A stretch of 64,000 bases of DNA, taken from NCBI GenBank assembly GCA_963783575.1, contig CAWAOD010000011.1, positions 64,001 through 128,000 of the forward strand, written 5' to 3'. This document shows, one piece after another, positions 53,746 through 62,832 of this stretch. The notes beneath the pieces were generated by a model that had not been told where the DNA came from, did no database searches, and saw only the letters and a list, made by a program, of their open reading frames with translations. Numbering within the stretch: the stretch's first letter is position 1; each line of letters opens with the position of its first letter. This DNA comes from an uncultured Spirochaetota bacterium (GTDB taxonomy: Bacteria > Spirochaetota > Brevinematia > Brevinematales > JAOACQ01). The position numbers were made by a program, and so were the translations under genes.

Positions 53746-54358
53746 CGATCCTCCTGATGTTATTAGGTAAAAAAGCGGGAATAAAAATATCCAGATTATA
53801 TCAACCAGATGCCAGTAAAGTCCAGCGTTTTCAAGGAATATAGGACGCTGTGAATTAATTTTTCCTTTCCTCAGCCATGTATAAATAACCGAAAGTACGC
53901 CTATTCCAACTATTACATGCAATGCGTGGAGTCCTGTCATCATAAAATACAGCCCGAAGTATAAAATCTCACCTTTCGGTCCTGAGAGGAGCGACGAGGC
54001 GCCCGGATATAGGCCATGCTCGAAATTTCTCGGTCCACTCGAATGCCTTTACAACAAGAAAAGCGAGGGCAAAACCTATAGTTGCAAGCAGAAATATTTG
54101 AGATCTGACCGGTTTTTTTTCCTTATTTGAAAGTATTGAAAGCGCCGCAAAGAGGCTGCTCGTAATTAGAATACAGGTATTTAGAGTGCCGTCGAAGCGT
54201 GAAAGCTTCATTGAGGCATTATGGAAGTCCGCCGGGTTTTTAAACCGGTACATGGAATAAAGCAGAAAAAGCCCGCCGAAAAGAAGAACTTCGGTTGAGA
54301 TAAACAGCCATATTCCTACTTTCCCGTCGGAACGAGGTTCATTATTTTCGGCGCTCAT
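53746..54358 (-). CDS. coxC: Cytochrome c oxidase subunit III, frameshifted near 53970-54025
   Basis: GIWLFISTEVLLFGG, NTCILITSS; then MTGLHALHV, GLYWHLVDIIW. Confidence 0.85.
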
Positions 54359-55998
54359 TATATTTCTCCTTTATTTCCGAAATCATATGGGCCTTTTGTT
54401 ATAACAGGGATTTCAATAAAATCTTCCGATGCCGGAGGCGACGGCAGAGTCCATTCAAGCGTTGCGCCTCCCCATGGGATTGGAGGGAGCCTTTTTGCCT
54501 TTAAATACGCCGCGGATAAGATTGGCCGCCATCAAAAAAAGTCCCGTGACCATGATAAACGATCCGATGCTCGCGAGCAGGTGCAGGTCATTGTACTGCG
54601 GCAGATAATCGATAATATCGCCGCGGCATTCCCTGCCATCCTAGAATGAACATCGGAAAATAGAAAAGATTGAATCCGATAAACAAGTATCAGCCAGGCC
54701 ACGACCGCGCGTCGTTTTATCGTACATTTTCCCGGTCATCTTGGGAAGCCAGTAATGGAATGCCGCGAACAGGCCGAAACCCATTCCGCCGAAGATCACA
54801 TAATGAAAATGCCCGACAACAAAATAGGTGTTATGGAGCTGCACATTGGGCGAAAGCGCTCCGAGGAAAAGCCCGGTAAGGCCGCCGATGGAAAAGAGAA
54901 AGATGAACGAAAGCGCATAGAGAAACGGCGGCTCTACCTGGATCGAACCCTTATACATTGTGGCGAGCCAGTTGAACACCTTGATCGCGCTGGGAACGGC
55001 GACAAGAAATGTGAGAAATGAAAATATGATTCCTGCCAGTATCGCTCTGGCCGCTCACGATACATATGGTGCCCCCAGACAAGAGAGCCGACGCTTGCTA
55101 TCGCAAGGCTCGAAAAGGCGATCATTTTATAACCGTAAATGTTTTTTCTCGAGAATACGGGGAAAATATCCGAAATCACGCCCATTGCCGGAAGGATCAT
55201 AATGTAAACGGCCGGATGGGAGTAGATCCAGAAAAGATGCTGGTACAAGAAGCGGGTCGCCTCCCTTTGCCGGATCAAAAACGCCGATTCCGAAGATCCG
55301 TTCCATGACTACAAGGAGCATTGTGATGCCGATGATCGGCGTCGCAAGGATCTGCACCCATGCTGTGGCAATAAAAGCCCCAGACCGAAAGAGGCATTTT
55401 GAAAAAGCCCATACCGGGCGCCCGCAGCTGGTGAACCGTCGTGACAATATTGATTCCGGTAAGGATCGAGGACATACCAAGGATGAAAACGGCAGAAAGT
55501 CGCGAGCGGAACATTGACAGTTGTCTTGAGGCTGAACGGCACATAAAAAGTCCAGCCCGTATCGACCGCGCCGCCGCCGAAAAAATGGAGATCAGGGCCA
55601 GCACCGCGCCGGTAATATACAGATACCAGGTGAAAAGATTGAGCCGCGGGAAAGCCATGTCCCGGCTGCCGATAAGGATCGGCAGAAAAAAATTTCCGAA
55701 AATGGTTGGTACAGCCGGGATAACAACAAGAAAAATCTGGATGATCCCATGGAGCGTGAACATCGCATTGTACTGCTGCGCCGTCATGATCTTGATTCCG
55801 GGAATCATATTGATCCGCATCAGCACGCCGAGGATAACCGCTGCGGTGAAAAAGGTAAGAACTGAAACAAGATAGAGAATGCCGATCCGTTTGTGATCGG
55901 TTGAAAGGATCCATCCGAAAATACCCGGGATATTTACCTTTATCGGCAAAATAAGGGATATATTCATGCGTAGCTTCAGTATCGACTTGTCCGGCCAT
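54358..55998 (-). pseudogene. coxA: Cytochrome c oxidase subunit I (A2-type), multiple frameshifts (may be sequencing errors)
   Basis: Fragments [32 protein letters not shown] and VVGHFHY lie in different frames. Confidence 0.85.
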
Positions 55999-56852
55999 CA
56001 GCTTCCTCCTCTTACACGGCGTTTTTTCCCGGAAATAATTAGATATATAACAAAGATTCCCACAAGCGTAAAAATCACGGTCGCACTGACCCGCAGGGTA
56101 TTGAAAACGATACTGGTGGCTTTTAGGGTTATAGCTGAAGCAGAAGCGCAGTACTCTGGCGATTGTCGGCATGCACTGTTCCGGATGAAGCCTCCATAAG
56201 CGACATCGTCAGATCGATCAGGGAGAAAATCGGTGCCCATAATGTAGCGGACAACTTTTCCCTGAGGTGAAAGGATGATCAGTCCGATCGGATGGTCGAA
56301 ATCATCGCCTTTTTTAACAAAATGGAATCCGACAGCTTCGGTTAGTTTTTTGATGCTTTCCTTGCTTCCTGTCAGGAAATGCCATTTATCGGCCGGAAAC
56401 GGTGTTTGAATTGCTTCAAAGGCTATATTCTTCGCTTTTATCGCATCATTGGTTGTTTCCGTTTCGTCTATTGTAATTGTGAGAAGGTTTGGTTCCGAAC
56501 CTTGCTTGTCATTATAAGACCTCAGCACACTTGCGATACCGGTTAAAAGATAGTCGCAGGCGTTCGGGCATTTATAATAAACAAGCGATAAAATTGTCGG
56601 CCCAATGATGAAATCTTTTAATTTCGTTGAAGAACCGTTTTCACCGGTAAAAACAAGGTCAAGAGGAACATAAACTCCGGGCTTTTCATCGAATCCAGGT
56701 TCCTGTGAACTATCTGTTTGAACAGAATCAATTCTATTTACTTGATTTGTAATTTTTTCGGCAGGCAGCTGTACGGCCGATATTATCAGGATTAAGATTG
56801 CCATTCCGTAAATCGATAAGTTATTTTTATTATTTTTGAGAATATTTTTCAT
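55998..56852 (-). CDS. SCO-family copper chaperone, with a compensated frameshift near 56100-56220
   Basis: YYKCPNAC, WHFLTG, FDHP. Confidence 0.82.
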   Translation of the reverse strand: MKNILKNNKNNLSIYGMAILILIISAVQLPAEKITNQVNRIDSVQTDSSQEPGFDEKPGVYVPLDLVFTGENGSSTKLKDFIIGPTILSLVYYKCPNACDYLLTGIASVLRSYNDKQGSEPNLLTITIDETETTNDAIKAKNIAFEAIQTPFPADKWHFLTGSKESIKKLTEAVGFHFVKKGDDFDHPIGLIILSPQGKVVRYIMGTDFLPDRSDDVAYGGFIRNSACRQSPEYCASASAITLKATSIVFNTLRVSATVIFTLVGIFVIYLIISGKKRRVRGGS

Positions 56853-56996
56853 ATCATTTCCTCCTGTTATTAAACTCCCCCTTTGGGGACGGGGGGATTT
56901 TTCTTCATATTCCAAAATATATTCAATATTCCTCTAACCCCCGTGTCATTCCGATTCCTTCTACTTGTTGTTCTTGTATTCAGGATGGAACAATTT

Positions 56997-57730
56997 TTAC
57001 CAATTTTTAGCCATAGCTTTTACATAATTGTATAGAGCCTCTGCCTGTGTGTCGCTGATTTCCCGGGTTGAAAACGGGGGCATTTGTCCGGCCGAACCGT
57101 CCGGCATTTTCGGATTTCTAATGAAGCTGACGAATAAAGTCTTATCGGACAACTTTTCCGATGTTTTTAAAGGCAGCTTATGAACTATTAAGTTGCCTCC
57201 CTTTGGATGGCAAGCCTGGCAATCGGCTGTAAAAACAGCCTGTCCTCCTGAATTGAGATCGGGCGGAGCAGTTTTTGAAGCATTGGGGGAAGTTTCTTCA
57301 GGCCCCTTCCGTAGATCAGCCCCGCGCCGAAATAACCCAGGCCGATTGCGCAGATGAAGGCCAGGACCAATAGAACCGTCATTGTCATTGAGTGGATTTT
57401 TATCTCGCTTCCGAGAATGATACCGGCCCCGAGAATAATTATTACAGCAGTTGCAAGTACCATTTTAATTTTAATCGGCGTTATCAGCGCCGCATGATAG
57501 AAATGAATCCAGTCCAGAACGCCGAGTATGATCGTCGGGAAAGCGAAAATAAAAGCAAGGATTGACACATGCCGGGCTGTAAGAATTAGATTCTTACGTT
57601 TGAAAATTACGGCTACCAGGAAAAATATCAAGGCCCCGGTAACAAGGCCTATAGGCATATGTGTGATTGGGGGATGCAGGGGTTCGTCAAAACCGATATT
57701 TGCCAAAAACCTGTATAAGTCATCTATCAT
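56997..57730 (-). CDS. DUF2231-like membrane protein fused to cytochrome c, frameshifted near 57250-57300
   Basis: PLHPPITHMPIG; alternative frame GQAVFTADCQACHPKGGN…MPPF…KNW* ends at 56997. Confidence 0.75.
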
Positions 57731-58009
57731 TACCAGCCTCCGAAATATTATATTATCATAATTGAGAAATATGGATTATAAAAATTGAAGTAAATACTCA
57801 ACCGCATAAACAGATATTTCGTTTATTTTTAACCACTAATTACACTAATTAATCCGGAATATATTAATTATTGTAATTTGCGGCGAATAAAGTTTATCTG
57901 TTCATAATATATAGCGGCTGATTAGATTCGAATTAAAATATATTACTAAATAACAGGATTAATGTCAATATATATTATTAAATTTACTTTATTTTCTTTT
58001 TAAGCTTTT

Positions 58010-58131
58010 CAAGCGTGCCCCTTTAGTTCGGCAGGCTCACTATAAACTAGCTCAGGGCAGGCTGCTTGACCCGGGTGTAGATTCCTTACGCAACAAAGTT
58101 GCGTATAGCTCTGTGGAGTTTATTCCGAGCA
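58010..58131 (+). repeat. Family B repeat copy 3
   Basis: 33-bp core at 58078-58110. Confidence 0.88.
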
Positions 58132-58301
58132 GAACCTGCCTTGAGGATTTTTTATTAATATTTTTCTAATTTATTGCGTTTTTACCTGCCATTTATTATA
58201 ATTCTCACTAATTCAGATAAACAAAATCGTACTTTCCGGCAGGCGGAATCATAAGCCATATAATAAGGGATGCGATAAAATAAATCGGTAAGGAGATTTT
58301 T

Positions 58302-59210
58302 ATGTCTTTAAAAGACCGTATTAGAAAGATCGTTTACCACGAAATTGCGGATTTAATCATGGTTCTGATCATCATCTTTTCAACTCTTTTTCTAATTATT
58401 GAACTGGCTTTTAATTTTACACCGGGAGTAAGAAATATACTCGATAGAATCGACTTATTTATATTATGTATTTTCCTCTTGGAATTTTTAACCAAGCTTT
58501 TTCTGGACGGGGGCAAGTATTTTATTAAAAACTATGGCTGGATTGATTTACTGGCGACTATCCCCATTCTTCTTCCGGTTACCAACTTTATTGTCCTCCA
58601 GTTGAGCGCCGCTTTTATAATCAACAAAGGAACTGTTGATATCCTGCAGACATTCCGGGTAGTCAGGATAATCAGAATTATTCGGGTGGTCAGAATACTT
58701 CGTATTGTACGTCTACTTAAGCTTATACATCATATTGAGAAGAAAAATGCCCCGTCCGGAGAGTATACGGGACCTTCCCTGAATATTCCCGCTGTTACTA
58801 TACTTATTGTTGTCCTGATATCCTATTCGGCAATTTTATTCCAGGAGACTACTATTGTCAGCAAAGAAACGGCAAATACTAAAATTCTGCTTAATACTTT
58901 AACATCTGATAATATTGAACAGGTTTTTAAAATGAACCAGAATTTTATTTTACTTTTAACCGGTATTGATAAGGATTTAGCAATAAAAAGAAAAATGTCT
59001 GACGAAGATATCCGTAAAAACTTCAGGAAAGATGAAATTCTGTCGGTATATATGGATTCCGGGGCAGTGGCCTTAGTATCGATCAAACCGCAGATAAGTC
59101 TCCTCAGGGTTCAGGAACTTTTTCTTATAGCTAATATTGTAATCCTTCTCTGCAGTTATATTCTTTATGCCAATAAAATCAGATCAAAAATAGCCGGAGT
59201 TGCAAAATGA
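58302..59210 (+). CDS. Ion_trans-like protein with a voltage-sensor (S1-S4) domain
   Basis: FLLEFLTKL, WIDLLA, S4 RVVRIIRIIRVVRILRIVRLLK. Confidence 0.8.
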   Translation: MSLKDRIRKIVYHEIADLIMVLIIIFSTLFLIIELAFNFTPGVRNILDRIDLFILCIFLLEFLTKLFLDGGKYFIKNYGWIDLLATIPILLPVTNFIVLQLSAAFIINKGTVDILQTFRVVRIIRIIRVVRILRIVRLLKLIHHIEKKNAPSGEYTGPSLNIPAVTILIVVLISYSAILFQETTIVSKETANTKILLNTLTSDNIEQVFKMNQNFILLLTGIDKDLAIKRKMSDEDIRKNFRKDEILSVYMDSGAVALVSIKPQISLLRVQELFLIANIVILLCSYILYANKIRSKIAGVAK

Positions 59211-59890
59211 GAAAAACAATCTTTTTAATCATTCTTTTTATAATAACGAACAGCATCTACACTCAAAATAATAACGGCGCTATCGATTCGGCTTCGATAT
59301 CGCAATGGACATTTCTAGCGCAAAAACCTGAAATTGAAAACAAGCAGAAAGCACTGGATAGTGTAAGCACAATAATCGCTAAAGTCTCGAAGGATGATAC
59401 CAATATCATTGGAATTCTGGAATACCTTGGGGGCAGCGGAACTGTCAGCCAAATAATATCGACTAACGGTGGATATACCATACGCGCGGAGAGTGTAAGA
59501 ATGTTAGCGGCAATCGGTGGCGGCAAAGCCAGGGACAGCATTATAAAAATCTTGTTGAATGAGAATAAGGATAAAAACGGTGGAAATAGCTATGTTTACA
59601 GTACCTGCTTTTTATCCCTGTCAAAACTGGGGGATGATGATAATTATAAGGTTTCTATTGCTATTGTTACCGCATACAACCAGATCGGCAGTAAAAAGGA
59701 TAATGAGAGGGTTCTTTTGGATTTTATAAGCGCAGTGCGGCAATTATCCAAAGATAAATCCCTGGCAATTGATGTAAAAATTGGTTTTGCCCGAGCTATA
59801 TATGAACTGACAGATGACAAGAATAACACATCCCATGTTGTAAAGGATGCGAAAAAGTGTATGACGGAGATGATGGCGAACGAGGTATAA
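59207..59890 (+). CDS. Exported HEAT-repeat-like hypothetical protein
   Basis: Signal peptide; IRAESVRMLAAIG; ATGA overlap with the upstream gene. Confidence 0.6.
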   Translation: MRKTIFLIILFIITNSIYTQNNNGAIDSASISQWTFLAQKPEIENKQKALDSVSTIIAKVSKDDTNIIGILEYLGGSGTVSQIISTNGGYTIRAESVRMLAAIGGGKARDSIIKILLNENKDKNGGNSYVYSTCFLSLSKLGDDDNYKVSIAIVTAYNQIGSKKDNERVLLDFISAVRQLSKDKSLAIDVKIGFARAIYELTDDKNNTSHVVKDAKKCMTEMMANEV

Positions 59891-59894
59891 CTTT

Positions 59895-60524
59895 TCATCT
59901 TTTACCGATGATTTTACCGGGGTTGCCGGCAACTGTTGAATTGGAGGGCACATCTTTTGTTACAATTGATCCGGCTCCAATTATTGAGTATTCTCCCAGT
60001 GTTACAGAGACCAGTATTTTGGCACCGGCTCCGATGACCGTATGGCTGCCTACTGTCGGATGACGTTTTCCTGCCAGTATTCCGCCTTTGCTCCCAAGAG
60101 TAACCTGATGGAAAATCAGCACATCCTCTCCGATTTCAGCCGTTTCACCTATCACCACACCGTTTCCATGGTCAATAAAAAATCCACCGCCTATTTTTGC
60201 TCCCGGGTGGATTTCAATTCCAGTTAAAAACCGGGATAATTGTGAAATTATTCTTGGAATCAAAGGAATTTCTAAACTATTTAAAAAATAAGCAATCCTG
60301 TGGAAAAAAACAGCCCAGATTCCGGCATAGGTTGCCAATTCGAGAAAACTAAGGATTTTTCCCCTTAAAGCAGGGTCTTTTTTGTAGGCGGCTGCTATGT
60401 CTGAAAATATGTAACCCAATTGGCCGAATCCGAATTTCAATCTCTCAAAATATCCGTTTTTAGCTGATTGCAAGACTTTTTTAGTTGAGTAAAAGGTGCA
60501 GCAATTTAAAGAACTATCATTCAT
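59895..60524 (-). CDS. cysE: Serine O-acetyltransferase
   Basis: [25 protein letters not shown]. Confidence 0.9.
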   Translation of the reverse strand: MNDSSLNCCTFYSTKKVLQSAKNGYFERLKFGFGQLGYIFSDIAAAYKKDPALRGKILSFLELATYAGIWAVFFHRIAYFLNSLEIPLIPRIISQLSRFLTGIEIHPGAKIGGGFFIDHGNGVVIGETAEIGEDVLIFHQVTLGSKGGILAGKRHPTVGSHTVIGAGAKILVSVTLGEYSIIGAGSIVTKDVPSNSTVAGNPGKIIGKR

Positions 60525-60564
60525 AAAACTCTCCTATGTAATTTGTCAAGTTTTATTTTAAGAT

Positions 60565-61575
60565 TCAAGCCTCAGATTTCAGATTCAACAACTTATAATA
60601 TACTTCCACAATAATTTTTCTCGCTACTGCAATGATCGCTTTTTGTTTTCCTCTTCTTGTTCGAATATTCTCATAAAACGATTTCATTTCTTTATCATAT
60701 CTCACACGAACCCAGGCTGCTTGTACTATGACCCTTAAAAAAGCACCGTCTACTTTTCGTGTAATTTGACCATTTGTTCCTTTTCCGTCACTTTCACTAA
60801 CTCTTGGTGCTAATCCCATATATGATACAAATTTTTTTGAGGTACTAAAGCGGTCTATATTGCCTACCTTCGTTATGATGTATGCGCCGGTTGTTGTGCC
60901 TATTCCCGTTAATTCTTTAATCTCATTATATCCGGGTCTCTTTATGCTTAAGGCTTCTGTTTCTTTATCCAGTACCTTAATGTCTTCTTTGAGATTTTCT
61001 AACATAACATACATCTGGATTACGGCTCTCTTTATACTCTCAGGTATGTTTTGTTCTTTGACCCAGTTTGTGTTCTTTTCAAAATTGTTGAACATTTTGT
61101 CTCCGGTTTTAATCCCCCAATACTCCATCATCGCTATTATCTTTGTCTTATAGCTTTTCTTATTGCTAACCATTTCTTCCCTCACAGATAATAATCCTCT
61201 TATTTCAGCGTCTTCGTCGCTTCTTATCTGACAGGTACTTAGCTCTTCTTTTTCAAATCTTTGTAATATAATCGCCATTCTTTCTGCATCTTCCTTGTCT
61301 GTTTTTTTAAATCGATCCATTAATCTTTTTAAATCAATAGTATTGAAAATAACCGCATCTTTTGCTTTATCTTTTAACCGTTTGATTAAATCCCATGTCC
61401 AGTTTGTCGATTCAATCCTGATTATCGTTTCTTTGTCAATCTCTTTCTCAAATTCCGCTAATTCTTTTTAATTTCTCTCATATTGCTTGATTGATTTTTT
61501 ACCGTTTTCTATAATAATGCAAACGGTAATTTGCTTTTTGTGGATATCAATTCCGATCCACTTTTTTGCGTCCAT
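60565..61575 (-). pseudogene. IS110 recombinase with an in-frame TAA at codon 36 (61468-61470)
   Basis: MDAKKWIGIDIHK…IEST…KTDKEDA…GIG…YMGLAP..SES; GGGAGG RBS. Confidence 0.88.
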
Positions 61576-61631
61576 CGTTTTCCTCCCTAATTTATTTGGG
61601 AGGCCTGAATCTTTTAGTGGTATATTAATCC

Positions 61632-61796
61632 GGTTGAAAAATTACCATACTCCAATACGAGGTTTATCCTCAAAATGGTGGTTCGGACAAGGATTCGATC
61701 ATACTCCTAACGGGGTTTATCCCCACAAATTGATTCGATCTTTGTCCTATTCAGAGCCCTCATCTATTTTGATGCGGGCTCTTTTATTTTTCAACC
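61632..61796 (+). ncRNA. Putative bridge/seek RNA of the IS110 element
   Basis: Two homologous stem-internal loop-hairpin arms, a third hairpin, and an 11-bp closing stem GGTTGAAAAAT/ATTTTTCAACC. Confidence 0.68.
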
Positions 61797-61836
61797 TTTT
61801 TTATCATACCACCTCCTCTAATTTTTATTCATATTG

Positions 61837-62832
61837 TCAAAACCCCAGCAAATTAAGTACATCTTTTTCCGGGTGACGGTTTATTCCCTGATAAGGGTAA
61901 CAATGGATATGAAGCGCCGGGTTGAAATTCAGTTCTATTACGGCATAATTATTTTCATCGGGTTTTTCATTGATGTCCCTGATTATTATATCCGCTCCGC
62001 AGATTATAGCTCTAACGGCTTTTGTCGCTTTTAACGCAATTTCCTTGTACTCTTCCCGAATTTTATCAGTAAAATCGATACTGTCCCCTCCGGTGCTGAT
62101 ATTGGAATTATTTCTTAAAAAAACCTGTTCATTTTTGTCCGGAACTGTAAGGATGCTTTTTCCCTGATTCTTAATAAAATCTTTTTCAACCCTGCCGAGC
62201 CTAATCTTTTCCAGCGGTGTTTTATATCCTTTTCCCCTGAGAGGATTGCTGTTTTTAATGACGGCCAGTTCTTTAATATTATGAACACCGTCGCCTGTAA
62301 CATTTGCCGGTACCCTGTGAAGAATACCGGGAACTTTTTCTCCGATTACAAGGAACCTGTATTCCCTTCCCGGTATATATTCTTCCGCAATCACCGATGA
62401 GTCATTTTTGAATGCATTTTCTAGTCCTTTATGATATTCTTCAAATGAAAATCCCTTCTTTAAAATGTTTACACCGATTCCAAAGTTTGTTTTATTGGGT
62501 TTAATGACAATTTCCATATTTCTGAAAAATTCAAAATCCTTTAATGCCTTTTTCAGGGTTGTATATAATTTTCCATGAGGAACCCTGACGCTATTTTCCT
62601 CCAAAATTTTCTTTGTAACATATTTATTTTCCATAATCAAAGGAACTATATAAGAATCCGCTGAAGTTCTTGTTGCCTGTTTTACATATTCGGTTTTTGT
62701 CCCTTTGGTCAACCGGATAAAATTATCTTCTGCATCCAGGATTTCCGTTTCAATATTCCTGCTAATAGCTTCCCTGATAAGAACCTGCGTCGACAGCTCA
62801 AGGTTACGAAATTTTTTTTCGAGTGTATTCAT
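61837..62832 (-). CDS. ATP-grasp glutathione synthetase domain (C-terminal half of GshF/GshAB)
   Basis: LELSTQ, EYVKQAT, KPNKTNFG, NSNISTGGDSID, ELNFNP; GGAG upstream of ATG 62832. Confidence 0.85.
   Translation of the reverse strand: MNTLEKKFRNLELSTQVLIREAISRNIETEILDAEDNFIRLTKGTKTEYVKQATRTSADSYIVPLIMENKYVTKKILEENSVRVPHGKLYTTLKKALKDFEFFRNMEIVIKPNKTNFGIGVNILKKGFSFEEYHKGLENAFKNDSSVIAEEYIPGREYRFLVIGEKVPGILHRVPANVTGDGVHNIKELAVIKNSNPLRGKGYKTPLEKIRLGRVEKDFIKNQGKSILTVPDKNEQVFLRNNSNISTGGDSIDFTDKIREEYKEIALKATKAVRAIICGADIIIRDINEKPDENNYAVIELNFNPALHIHCYPYQGINRHPEKDVLNLLGF

Larger units (their letters stand above)
60531..61817 (-). mobile_element. IS110-family insertion sequence
   Basis: DEDD recombinase gene, structured upstream non-coding region, CTCCT repeated at both ends (60531-60535, 61813-61817), no TIRs. 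Confidence 0.88.

Noticed and set aside
3453..61470. TAA read-through or alternative genetic code (in-frame TAA in both tnsB and the IS110 gene)
   Set aside because: TAA terminates many ordinary genes here (pgi, glnS, gltX); independent nonsense mutations are simpler.
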